From an uncultured Solirubrobacterales bacterium (GTDB lineage: Bacteria > Actinomycetota > Thermoleophilia > Solirubrobacterales > 70-9), in NCBI GenBank assembly GCA_963705365.1, contig OY970074.1:866064-930063 (forward strand): a stretch of DNA of 64,000 nucleotides, read 5' to 3'. A model generated the notes under the pieces. That model did not search any database. It saw only the letters and a program-made list of their open reading frames with translations, and was not told where the DNA came from. Position numbers and translations under genes: made by a program. Of the stretch, positions 27,238 to 34,597 are shown piece after piece. Every line of letters begins with the position of its first letter. Within the stretch, counting starts at the first letter, position 1.

Positions 27238-27435
27238 ATGTCATCGATCAAGAAAGCCATTGCCCGCAAGGTGGTCAAGTCGACCACCAAGCACACCGCG
27301 CAGGGGACCGCCTCGAAGCTGAAGCGGGACCCGATCCGCGCAGTCACCCTCCTGGGCGCGGGCGCGGTGGCCGGCGTCGCCGCCGGCTGGGCACTCGGCC
27401 GGGCCGCGACGAGCACCGCCGCGGTCGCCGACTGA
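27238..27435 (+). CDS. small basic protein with C-terminal hydrophobic helix (65 aa)
   Basis: ATG 27238 lies inside track ORF 27160..27435. The gene is followed by a strong hairpin. Confidence 0.45.
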   Translation: MSSIKKAIARKVVKSTTKHTAQGTASKLKRDPIRAVTLLGAGAVAGVAAGWALGRAATSTAAVAD

Positions 27436-27446
27436 GCTGACTTTCG

Positions 27447-27477
27447 GAACCGGGGCGGCGGTTCGCCGCCCCGGTTC
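27447..27477. terminator. bidirectional terminator-like hairpin between convergent genes
   Basis: gaaccggggcggcg-gtt-cgccgccccggttc (14-bp stem). Confidence 0.6.
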
Positions 27478-27486
27478 GATCAGTTC

Positions 27487-27717
27487 TCAGGAACCGAGGC
27501 GCGAGCGCAGTAGGGCTTTGCCCTGCTCGGCGCCCTTGCGGCTGGTCTCCTGGGCCCGGCGGAAGAAGTCGGCGAGCTCGGAATCCCCGTCCCGCTCCGC
27601 GTCTTCCACGTAGGTCTCGAGTCGCAGCACATTGCTGAGGCACTGCTCGGTGAACCAGATGACGTTGTAGTCCTTGTCCTTGGTACCAGTGACCTCTCCG
27701 GCCTCCTGTAGGGCCAT
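27487..27717 (-). CDS. hypothetical protein (76 aa)
   Basis: ORF with coding-like composition and no recognised domain. Confidence 0.5.
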   Translation of the reverse strand: MALQEAGEVTGTKDKDYNVIWFTEQCLSNVLRLETYVEDAERDGDSELADFFRRAQETSRKGAEQGKALLRSRLGS

Positions 27718-27829
27718 TTCGCTCCTCCTCTGGTTGCTTCGGTTTCCCTGCGACTACCCACCGCGGGGCGAAGTGAAAACGGCGCGGCACACGAGTTTCG
27801 TGCGTGCTCGGCATGGGTAGCCGGACGGC

Positions 27830-28060
27830 ATGTACGCGATACCGATAGTCGCCATCGTCGTCCTGGCACTGATCGCGGTGGCCTGGTCGCCGCTGTTCGC
27901 GCTGATCGTCTTCGTCCCCGCGTTCATCGCCTTCCTCGCCTACGTCGGCATGAGCCGGCGCGCGGACGAAAAAATCGCTCCGCCACAGGCATCCGCGACC
28001 GGTCCCAGCCACGAGGACGGTCCCGACACCGGCCTCTGGGGAGAGCGACGGCCGTCATGA
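27830..28060 (+). CDS. small membrane protein (76 aa)
   Basis: Two hydrophobic helices (IPIVAIVVLALIAVAW, LFALIVFVPAFIAFLAYV). The stop overlaps the next start (ATGA). Confidence 0.55.
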   Translation: MYAIPIVAIVVLALIAVAWSPLFALIVFVPAFIAFLAYVGMSRRADEKIAPPQASATGPSHEDGPDTGLWGERRPS

Positions 28061-28392
28061 CTCCGGACGACGAGACGCGAATCCCCGCGGACGAGGCGCG
28101 AATCGCCGAAGAGGAGGCCGAGGCGGCCGAGGAAGCCGCCCGAATCGGCGGTGAGGCGCCGAAAGAGAGCGAGGACCCCGCCTGGCAGCCGCTGATCGAG
28201 GCCGGCGAGGGCGAGGCGGAGGGCTTCGAGCTGGCCGAGAAGCAACTGGAGGACAACGCAACCCACGGCAACGAGCGCAGCTTCCCTGAGCGCGACGTGC
28301 CGGTGCCGGAGGAGCGCGGCGACGCCGAGTACGGCGAGCCCGACGAAGCGATTCCCGCTGACGGCCCGATCCCGCCGGAGGGAAGCGAATGA
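28057..28392 (+). CDS. hypothetical highly acidic protein (111 aa)
   Basis: ORF translationally coupled on both sides. Glu/Asp/Ala-rich. Confidence 0.5.
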   Translation: MTPDDETRIPADEARIAEEEAEAAEEAARIGGEAPKESEDPAWQPLIEAGEGEAEGFELAEKQLEDNATHGNERSFPERDVPVPEERGDAEYGEPDEAIPADGPIPPEGSE

Positions 28393-29207
28393 GCGCGACC
28401 GCGACCCGCAGGCTGCTGGCGATCGTCCCCGACGCGCTGCAGGGCGAGGAGGAGATCGACGAGGTCCGGCGCGCCGCCAACGGCAGCGGCACCGAGGTGC
28501 GCGTGGTCGTGCCGGCGGTCGAGGCGACCGTCTTCCGCCACACGCTGGGCGACATCGATGAGCCCAAGCAGGAAGCCGAGGAGCGCCTGCGCGCTTCCCT
28601 GGCATCGCTGCGGGACAGTGGCATCGAGGCCTCGGGGGAGGTCGGCGACCCCGACCCGGTCCAGGCCGCCCAGGACGCGCTGCTGAAAGCACCGGCTGAC
28701 GAGGTTCTGATCTTCGAGCGCGAGGAGCAGCAGGCCCGCTGGTTCGAGGAGGGGCTGTTCGAGAAGGCCCAGGCGGCACTGGAGCCGCCGCTGCGGATGG
28801 TCGTCGTCCACGGCGACGAGGACGGCGGCGAGCACGTGGTGGGCGTCGAGGAGGCTGGTGCCGGCACGGACGGCAAGGAGGAGGACGACCTCCATATCTC
28901 AGAGAACCTGCCGCCGCTCTCCGCTCGCGACCTCGCAGGAATCGTCAGCGGGATCGTCGGCACGATCGTGACGATAATTCTCGCCGCCGTGATCGCCTCG
29001 GGCCCTGGCCCGGAGGCCGGCTGGAAAGCCGTGGCGATCGGGATCGCGATCTTCACGGCGCTGATCAACATGGCCCACGTCGTCGGGCTCACCATCTTCG
29101 AGAGCGTGCGCTACCGCGGTGGCTTTGCGACCTTCTTCCGCACCCTCTCCATCGTCGGCACCCCAGGGGCGGTACTCGCCAATCTGCTGATCCTCATCCT
29201 GACCTGA
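28389..29207 (+). CDS. hypothetical protein: USP-like N-terminal domain plus C-terminal multi-TM region
   Basis: 272 aa. VGDPDPVQAAQDAL resembles VGDEDLVQAVEDQL in 33260..33907. The C-terminal part has hydrophobic helices. Confidence 0.55.
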   Translation: MSATATRRLLAIVPDALQGEEEIDEVRRAANGSGTEVRVVVPAVEATVFRHTLGDIDEPKQEAEERLRASLASLRDSGIEASGEVGDPDPVQAAQDALLKAPADEVLIFEREEQQARWFEEGLFEKAQAALEPPLRMVVVHGDEDGGEHVVGVEEAGAGTDGKEEDDLHISENLPPLSARDLAGIVSGIVGTIVTIILAAVIASGPGPEAGWKAVAIGIAIFTALINMAHVVGLTIFESVRYRGGFATFFRTLSIVGTPGAVLANLLILILT

Positions 29208-29264
29208 CGCCGTCCCGCAGCGCAGTAGGCGATTTGCAGCGCGAGGACGACCTAGTATTGGCCC

Positions 29265-29429
29265 ATGGCGGGTGACGCAAAACCATCCAATCCCGAGGCA
29301 GCAGCCGAGGCGACCCGGATCAAGCGCCTGCGCGAAGACGCAAAGCGCCCGGTGAACGTGAACCTTGCCGAAGGAATTGCCCTCAGCCACAAGCTGCTGC
29401 GATTTGCGGGAGTCGCTCGAAACTCTTGA
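29265..29429 (+). CDS. small helical protein (54 aa), possible partner of the downstream nucleotidyltransferase-fold protein
   Basis: ATG 29265. The TGA stop at 29427-29429 overlaps TTG start 29426 of the next gene (TTGA). This ORF is below the 60-aa track cutoff. Confidence 0.4.
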   Translation: MAGDAKPSNPEAAAEATRIKRLREDAKRPVNVNLAEGIALSHKLLRFAGVARNS

Positions 29430-29902
29430 GCGAGCCTGCGTTCGACGAGCTTCTACGTCGGCTATCGGCGGCTGGGGTTGATTTCGTCCTGGTCGGGGGC
29501 CTTGCTGTGACTGCCTGGGGCGTTGTCCGCGCCACCAAGGACGTCGACATCGTCGTCGACTCCGATCCGGACAATCTCCGGCGGTTGGCGAACGTCGCCG
29601 TAGCCGCGAGCGGCCACGTTCATGCCGGCGAGTCGTTCCTCAGCAGCGCCTTCTCGATCGCCGCGCAGCTGGCGGGGGGAAAGCAGGTGGCGATCGAGAC
29701 CGAGCTGGGAAGGCTGGACGTCGTTCAGGGACTCGACGGAATCCCGTCCTATCGAGAGCTGCGAGCGCGGGCCGTAGAGGCTGATGTCCTGGGGGTTTCC
29801 GTCCCGATCTGCTCGGTTGACGATCTCAAAGCCATGAAGCGGGCCGCCGGTCGCGCCAGGGATATCGCCGACCTCGAGGACCTCGAAGCCGCCGGCGACT
29901 GA
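29426..29902 (+). CDS. nucleotidyltransferase-fold protein (MNT/AbiEii-like)
   Basis: 158 aa. VDFVLVGGLAVTAWGVVRATKDVDIVV fits the minimal NTase G(G/S)...D.D pattern. Confidence 0.55.
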   Translation: MSEPAFDELLRRLSAAGVDFVLVGGLAVTAWGVVRATKDVDIVVDSDPDNLRRLANVAVAASGHVHAGESFLSSAFSIAAQLAGGKQVAIETELGRLDVVQGLDGIPSYRELRARAVEADVLGVSVPICSVDDLKAMKRAAGRARDIADLEDLEAAGD

Positions 29903-29930
29903 GCTCCCGACGCTGAGAGGGTTACGCAGA

Positions 29931-30302
29931 TCAGTTGCGCAGCGCGGCGAGAGCTTCGTCGCGGCTGCTGTGAATCGGGATCGAGAGCTCGAGACCGGTG
30001 ATCTCGAGCACACGGCGGACCTGGTCGTTGTAGCTGCAGATCACGACCCGTCCTTCTCCTCCGTTGTCAGCGGAGCGATCGAGGCGCTGCCAAGCCCGGA
30101 CGATCAGGGCGATTCCAGTCGAATCGATGAAGTCGCACTCGGAAAGATCGACCAATAAAGAGGTGTCGCCAGCGGCGATTGCCTCGTCGAGCGGTCCCTC
30201 CAGGTCAGGGGCAGTACTCAGGTCAAGCTCGCCACGAACCGCGATGACGCGAATCCCGTCATCGAGCCTGGCGGCGGATGCCTCAAACGGCGCCGGATTC
30301 AC
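29931..30302 (-). CDS. STAS-domain anti-sigma-factor antagonist (RsbV/SpoIIAA-like)
   Basis: 123 aa. DLSECDFIDSTGIALIV contains the phosphorylatable Ser/Thr context DST. Confidence 0.8.
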   Translation of the reverse strand: MNPAPFEASAARLDDGIRVIAVRGELDLSTAPDLEGPLDEAIAAGDTSLLVDLSECDFIDSTGIALIVRAWQRLDRSADNGGEGRVVICSYNDQVRRVLEITGLELSIPIHSSRDEALAALRN

Positions 30303-30456
30303 GCGCCGATGCTACCGCAGGCGGGCATTTGCCCGGGCCGAGTTTCGCCCCCGACTGCCGGGGTAGGAATTTTGGGAGCGGCGACGGAAAGTTCGAGAAG
30401 TGGCGGACGCGACTATGCTCGCCACCAACCGGCCTATGGCATGGATTGAATAACTT

Positions 30457-31296
30457 GTGAATACGACCACCGACGATCGATCGGGGCTCCAGATGTCCCT
30501 CCCCGCCCGGGCCGAGAACGTAGCGGTCGTGAGACACGCGCTGGCGGGGCTGGCGGACCGCCTCGGGATGGAAGAAGCGGGGATCGCGGACCTGAAGACG
30601 GTCGTCACCGAGGCCTGCATGAACGTGGTGGTGCACGCCTATCCTCAAGAGGAGCCAGGCTTGCTGGCGGTCGAGGCGACGCCGGAGCCCGAGGGCCTGA
30701 CCGTCATCGTCCGCGACTTTGGCCGGGGCATCCAGCCCCGCCCGGAGTCCGACCGACCGAGCCTGCGGATCGGTCTCACCCTGATCGCGGCTCTCTCGGC
30801 GAGCTTCGAGATCAAGGGCGGTATTGACCGTGGCACCGAGACTCGGATGTTCTTGCCGCTTTCCGCCCGTGATGAGAGCGCCGAGCGCGAGCAGGCCTCG
30901 GAGGCGGCGCCGATTCGTAGCGAGGCGACCGCGATGCGAGTCGGGCCGCCGGAGCTGGTTGGCCCGATTCTCAGCCGTGCCCTGGGGGCGCTCGCGGCGC
31001 GGCGTGAGATCAGCGTCGACCGCCTCTCCGACGCGATGCTGCTCAGCGACGCGATCTCGGCCCGGGCCCCGGAAGGGTTCACCGACGGCCACGTCTCGCT
31101 CAGTCTCGCCGATCGCCCGGAGGGAGTTCAGCTGCGAGTCGGTCCGATGAAGAGCGGCGCCGCCGAGCAATTGCGGGCCAGCCTCGACCTGCCGGAGGTG
31201 GGCGGCACGCTCGCCACCCTGGCGGATGAGCTGCGGGTCGAGCAGGACGAAGAAGGAGACTTCCTCGTCGTCGGCATCGCCTCGCTCTCGGGCTAG
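30457..31296 (+). CDS. anti-sigma factor / serine kinase (RsbW/SpoIIAB-like HATPase) with ~140-aa C-terminal extension
   Basis: 279 aa. It has an N-box-like motif (TEACMNVVVHAY) and DFGRGI. The C-terminal half has no recognised domain. Confidence 0.7.
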   Translation: MNTTTDDRSGLQMSLPARAENVAVVRHALAGLADRLGMEEAGIADLKTVVTEACMNVVVHAYPQEEPGLLAVEATPEPEGLTVIVRDFGRGIQPRPESDRPSLRIGLTLIAALSASFEIKGGIDRGTETRMFLPLSARDESAEREQASEAAPIRSEATAMRVGPPELVGPILSRALGALAARREISVDRLSDAMLLSDAISARAPEGFTDGHVSLSLADRPEGVQLRVGPMKSGAAEQLRASLDLPEVGGTLATLADELRVEQDEEGDFLVVGIASLSG

Positions 31297-32108
31297 CCTC
31301 CGTCGTCGTCCTGCTGTTCGGCAACCTCCGCCCGGATCCGCTCCAGGGTGCGGCGCAGGATCCGCGAGACATGCATCTGCGAGTGGCCGATTCGCTCCGC
31401 GATCTGGGACTGGGTCATGTCCTCGACGAAGCGCAGCCGCAGCACCAGCCGCTCGCGCTCGTCAAGGTGGGGGAGGGCGCCTTCCAGAGCCAGTTTGTCC
31501 TCGACCAGCTCGAAGCCCTCGTCCTCGTCGCCGACCCACTCCGATGCCGGCGATTCTTCCTCGTCGCCGCCGACGGGGCGATCGAGGGAGAGCGGACGGC
31601 GGTTGTGGTTGGCCTCGAGCACCTCGAGTACGTCGGTCGGGTCGACGTCGAGCTTCTCGGCGATCTCGCCGACCGAAGGGGAACGCTGTAGGTCCACGGT
31701 CAATGCCGCGATCGCTTTGTCGACCTCCGCCATGCGGTCGTGCAGACCACGCGGCACCCGCACCGTCCAGACGCGATCGCGAAAGTGGCGCTTGAGCTCG
31801 CCCAGGATCGTCGGCGAAGCGAAAGCGGTGAAGGGGGTTCCGCGGTCCGGTTCGAAGCGGTCAATAGCGTTGACGAGACCGAGGCTGGCGACCTGCAGTA
31901 GATCGTCGAAGGACTCGCTGGCGCCGCGATAGCGCAGCGCCAAGTTCTTGGCGAAGGGCAGGTAGCGACGCACCAGCTCCTCGCGGGTCGCCTGGTCGCG
32001 ATTCTCGGCGAAGCGGGCCCAGAGCGCTCGCTCGCTCGCGAGGCCGTCGCCCGGGCCTGAGGCGGGGTCACGCTGGGGGGGTGAGGTCTCTTCTTTTTTC
32101 GCTGCCAT
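31293..32108 (-). CDS. SigB/SigF/SigG-type RNA polymerase sigma factor
   Basis: 271 aa. Region 2 is DLLQVASLGLVNAIDRFEPDRGTPFTAFA. The region 4 HTH is TQSQIAERIGHSQMHVSRILRR. Confidence 0.88.
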   Translation of the reverse strand: MAAKKEETSPPQRDPASGPGDGLASERALWARFAENRDQATREELVRRYLPFAKNLALRYRGASESFDDLLQVASLGLVNAIDRFEPDRGTPFTAFASPTILGELKRHFRDRVWTVRVPRGLHDRMAEVDKAIAALTVDLQRSPSVGEIAEKLDVDPTDVLEVLEANHNRRPLSLDRPVGGDEEESPASEWVGDEDEGFELVEDKLALEGALPHLDERERLVLRLRFVEDMTQSQIAERIGHSQMHVSRILRRTLERIRAEVAEQQDDDGG

Positions 32109-32291
32109 CTATGCCATGCGCCGGGTCATCTCACCGGCGCCGCCCTGAGGGCGTAGACGAAAGCCGTGCAGCGCCCGCCGGCCCGATCGGCCGCCGTGTT
32201 CACACCATAGCGTGCGTTCACGCCGTCTCCCATTCCCGGATCCGGCATTGCTCAATCACCCCTATCCCGTCCCGGCGACGGTCAATAGGCA

Positions 32292-32324
32292 CCCCGACGC
32301 CGCTCGGTCAGAGCGGCGTCGGGG
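32292..32324 (-). terminator. hairpin downstream of the wHTH gene
   Basis: ccccgacgccgctc-ggtca-gagcggcgtcgggg (14-bp stem), 20 nt past the stop at 32344. Confidence 0.5.
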
Positions 32325-32343
32325 TGGACGCCTGACTGCAGAG

Positions 32344-32967
32344 CTACTCGCTTGGGGTCGACTCCGACTCGGCTTCGTCTTTGCCGGGTTCGGGCGACTT
32401 GAAATGGAGCATGTGCACTTTCGAGAGGATGCCCCGCTCTGAATCGCTCCCATCGGCGATCCGCTGTGAGGCTTCCGCCTGAATCGCCAACACGCGGTCG
32501 AGAGTCTCTCTGAGCAGGTTCGATACGTCGGCCCAGCCCTGCTTGTCGACGACCATCGGCGTACGGCTCAGATGGAGATCATCCACCTCGTCGAGGGTCC
32601 CGCTGTTCGAGGCGTCCTCGAGATCTTCAAAGACGGATTTGAGCATCGCTCCCGCTAGGCCCGGCCGGAGGTTCTCCGGCATCCGCGCCCATTCCGAGTC
32701 GGTCAGGAACTGACGTCTGGTCGCGCGATAGAAGTGCTCGGTGGCTCCTCGGCGCTGTTTCGTGTCGACCAGCTCGATGCAGTCGTATTTCTCCAGGACC
32801 CGCACGTGGTAGGCAACCAGGTTGAGGCTCTGGTCCAGCTCCTGAGAGAGCAGGTTGGGGCTGGCGACCCGCTCATTAAGAATGATCAGGATCTGTACGC
32901 GCAGGGGGTGCGCAAACGCTTTGGCGACGATCTGTTCGACGCCGTCTTTCTTTTTGGTCTTCGGCAA
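32344..32967 (-). CDS. ArsR-like winged-helix transcriptional regulator with C-terminal extension
   Basis: 207 aa with HPLRVQILIIL....SPNLLSQEL......VAYHVRVLEK. GC content looks locally lower than in neighbouring genes. Confidence 0.7.
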   Translation of the reverse strand: MPKTKKKDGVEQIVAKAFAHPLRVQILIILNERVASPNLLSQELDQSLNLVAYHVRVLEKYDCIELVDTKQRRGATEHFYRATRRQFLTDSEWARMPENLRPGLAGAMLKSVFEDLEDASNSGTLDEVDDLHLSRTPMVVDKQGWADVSNLLRETLDRVLAIQAEASQRIADGSDSERGILSKVHMLHFKSPEPGKDEAESESTPSE

Positions 32968-33092
32968 GGGGGCTTTCCTTCAGTCGTTGTCAGGGATGGC
33001 GGCCGATTACAAGACTTTAAAGATTTGAACTCAGGATTTCCACAACGGTCCCGCAATTTTCGTTTATTTCTTCATTTCTTGGTCTATCTGGC

Positions 33093-33121
33093 TTGATTGA
33101 TAGAAACTTTTAGAGTATTAA
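33093..33121 (+). promoter_or_regulatory. sigma-70-like promoter candidate in an AT-rich spacer
   Basis: TTGATT (33093-33098), 17-nt spacer, TATTAA (33116-33121). About 16 nt downstream lies a short hairpin (33138-33156) followed by TTTT. Confidence 0.3.
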
Positions 33122-33259
33122 TTCCGATCGTACGCGGAGCCGCTTGGGATGCGGCTTTTTGGGATGGGGACTCACGAGGGGAGGTGGATGAGCGTGAAGA
33201 TCGGAACGACGGAGGATCGAGTTACCTCGGTAGCGATTGTCAAGGGCTCCTAGCCAGGC

Positions 33260-33907
33260 TTGAGGGACGGCGGTCGCGCCTGGCAGGCTGTGGGAGTGGC
33301 ACCATGGAAGCTGCCTTTGGTCATAGCCGCGATCGCCGTCCCGGTTATCGCCGGCTTCTACGTCAGCCCGGGGCTGGGCCTCGCGGCTGGCGCGCTGGCA
33401 GCCGTCGTGATCGTTGTCGCGGCGGCGCGCCAGCGGCCGCGCAGCGCAATCGGGACGCCGGCGCCGGCCGCTGGACGTTCCCGTCTGCTGGTCCTCGTCA
33501 GCCGGCCGGTCGAGGACGCAGCGACGATTCAGGAGATCGCCGCCACGGCGAACGCGCGCGGCGCCGCTCTTCCCGCCGAGGTCCTCGTCCTCTCACCGGC
33601 TCGGATCGGCTTCCTCGATCGCTGGGCCTCTGATCTCGAGGCCGCCCGCCGCGAGGCCCAGCGGCGGCTTGTGATCACGGTCGCCTCCTTGGCCAAAGCG
33701 GGGATCGCCGCCGAGGCGCGGGTCGGCGATGAGGATCTCGTCCAGGCGGTTGAGGATCAGCTCGAGAGCTTTGCCGCCACCGCGGTGATCCTGGTCAGCG
33801 GCGATGCCGAGGAGGACCCCGCGGCCGAGGCCGCCGCGGCGGAGCTGGCGCAGCGACTGCGCGCAGAGTTCAAGCGGCTGGTGATCAGTGGTCCAGCAGC
33901 TCGTTGA
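33260..33907 (+). CDS. hypothetical membrane-anchored protein with USP-like C-terminal domain
   Basis: Track ORF with an uncertain start (TTG 33260, or GTG near 33297). It has N-terminal TM helices and a C-terminal part paralogous to 28389..29207. Confidence 0.5.
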   Translation: MRDGGRAWQAVGVAPWKLPLVIAAIAVPVIAGFYVSPGLGLAAGALAAVVIVVAAARQRPRSAIGTPAPAAGRSRLLVLVSRPVEDAATIQEIAATANARGAALPAEVLVLSPARIGFLDRWASDLEAARREAQRRLVITVASLAKAGIAAEARVGDEDLVQAVEDQLESFAATAVILVSGDAEEDPAAEAAAAELAQRLRAEFKRLVISGPAAR

Positions 33908-34157
33908 AGCGAAGCGCCGCCCGCGTCGGCACGACGAACGAATCATGCCGATGGAGGAGCCCGGCGCCGGCGAGGTCACGGATCGCTCGTTCAATCGCGT
34001 CACGCTGCGCGAAGCCCAGCGGCTCACCCGCGACCTCGCGGACGAGTTCGGCAACTGTCACCTGAGTCGGGTGGAAGTCGAGTACCTGCTGCAAAACGGC
34101 GGACTCGGTGGCGGCGTCTTCTGCGGCTGGCGTCCAGCTGTCATCGGTCTCACTCAT
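33885..34157 (-). CDS. hypothetical small protein, possible winged-helix (90 aa)
   Basis: ORF whose 3' end overlaps the convergent 33260..33907 gene by 23 nt. Confidence 0.45.
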   Translation of the reverse strand: MSETDDSWTPAAEDAATESAVLQQVLDFHPTQVTVAELVREVAGEPLGFAQRDAIERAIRDLAGAGLLHRHDSFVVPTRAALRFNELLDH

Positions 34158-34180
34158 CGTCCTCTCCCCCTCACCGGGCG

Positions 34181-34537
34181 CTAAGTCCCCTGTTCGGTCG
34201 AACTCTCCCCTTCCGATTTCCCTTCCTCGCTCAGACCGAGGATCTGGCGCGCCCAGGGGGCTTTGATCGCCGCTCGGTAGTAGTGCTGCACCGAGCCTCG
34301 CACCGGCTTGGTCCGCACGAGGGCGATCGCAGCGCGATCGGCGAGGACCCGCACGTGGTAGCTCACATTGCTGAGCGGCTGCCGCAGGGCGTTGGCGAGC
34401 TCGCGCGGGCTAACCGCCTCCTTGCCGGCCATCTGGCGCAGGATGTCGCGGCGCATCGGATGGCGCAGCGCCACCAGCAGGTCGTTGTCGTTGGAACGGT
34501 TGAGATCCGTCATCTCGGCCCGCGCAATATAGACCAA
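34181..34537 (-). CDS. ArsR-family winged-helix transcriptional regulator
   Basis: 118 aa. ALRHPMRRDILRQM....SPRELANAL......VSYHVRVL. Confidence 0.75.
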   Translation of the reverse strand: MVYIARAEMTDLNRSNDNDLLVALRHPMRRDILRQMAGKEAVSPRELANALRQPLSNVSYHVRVLADRAAIALVRTKPVRGSVQHYYRAAIKAPWARQILGLSEEGKSEGESSTEQGT

Positions 34538-34597
34538 CCGAAACGTTCTGTCTGTAGATCTTTTGTCTGCGGACGATTCTGTGCAGGTTCAGATGAC

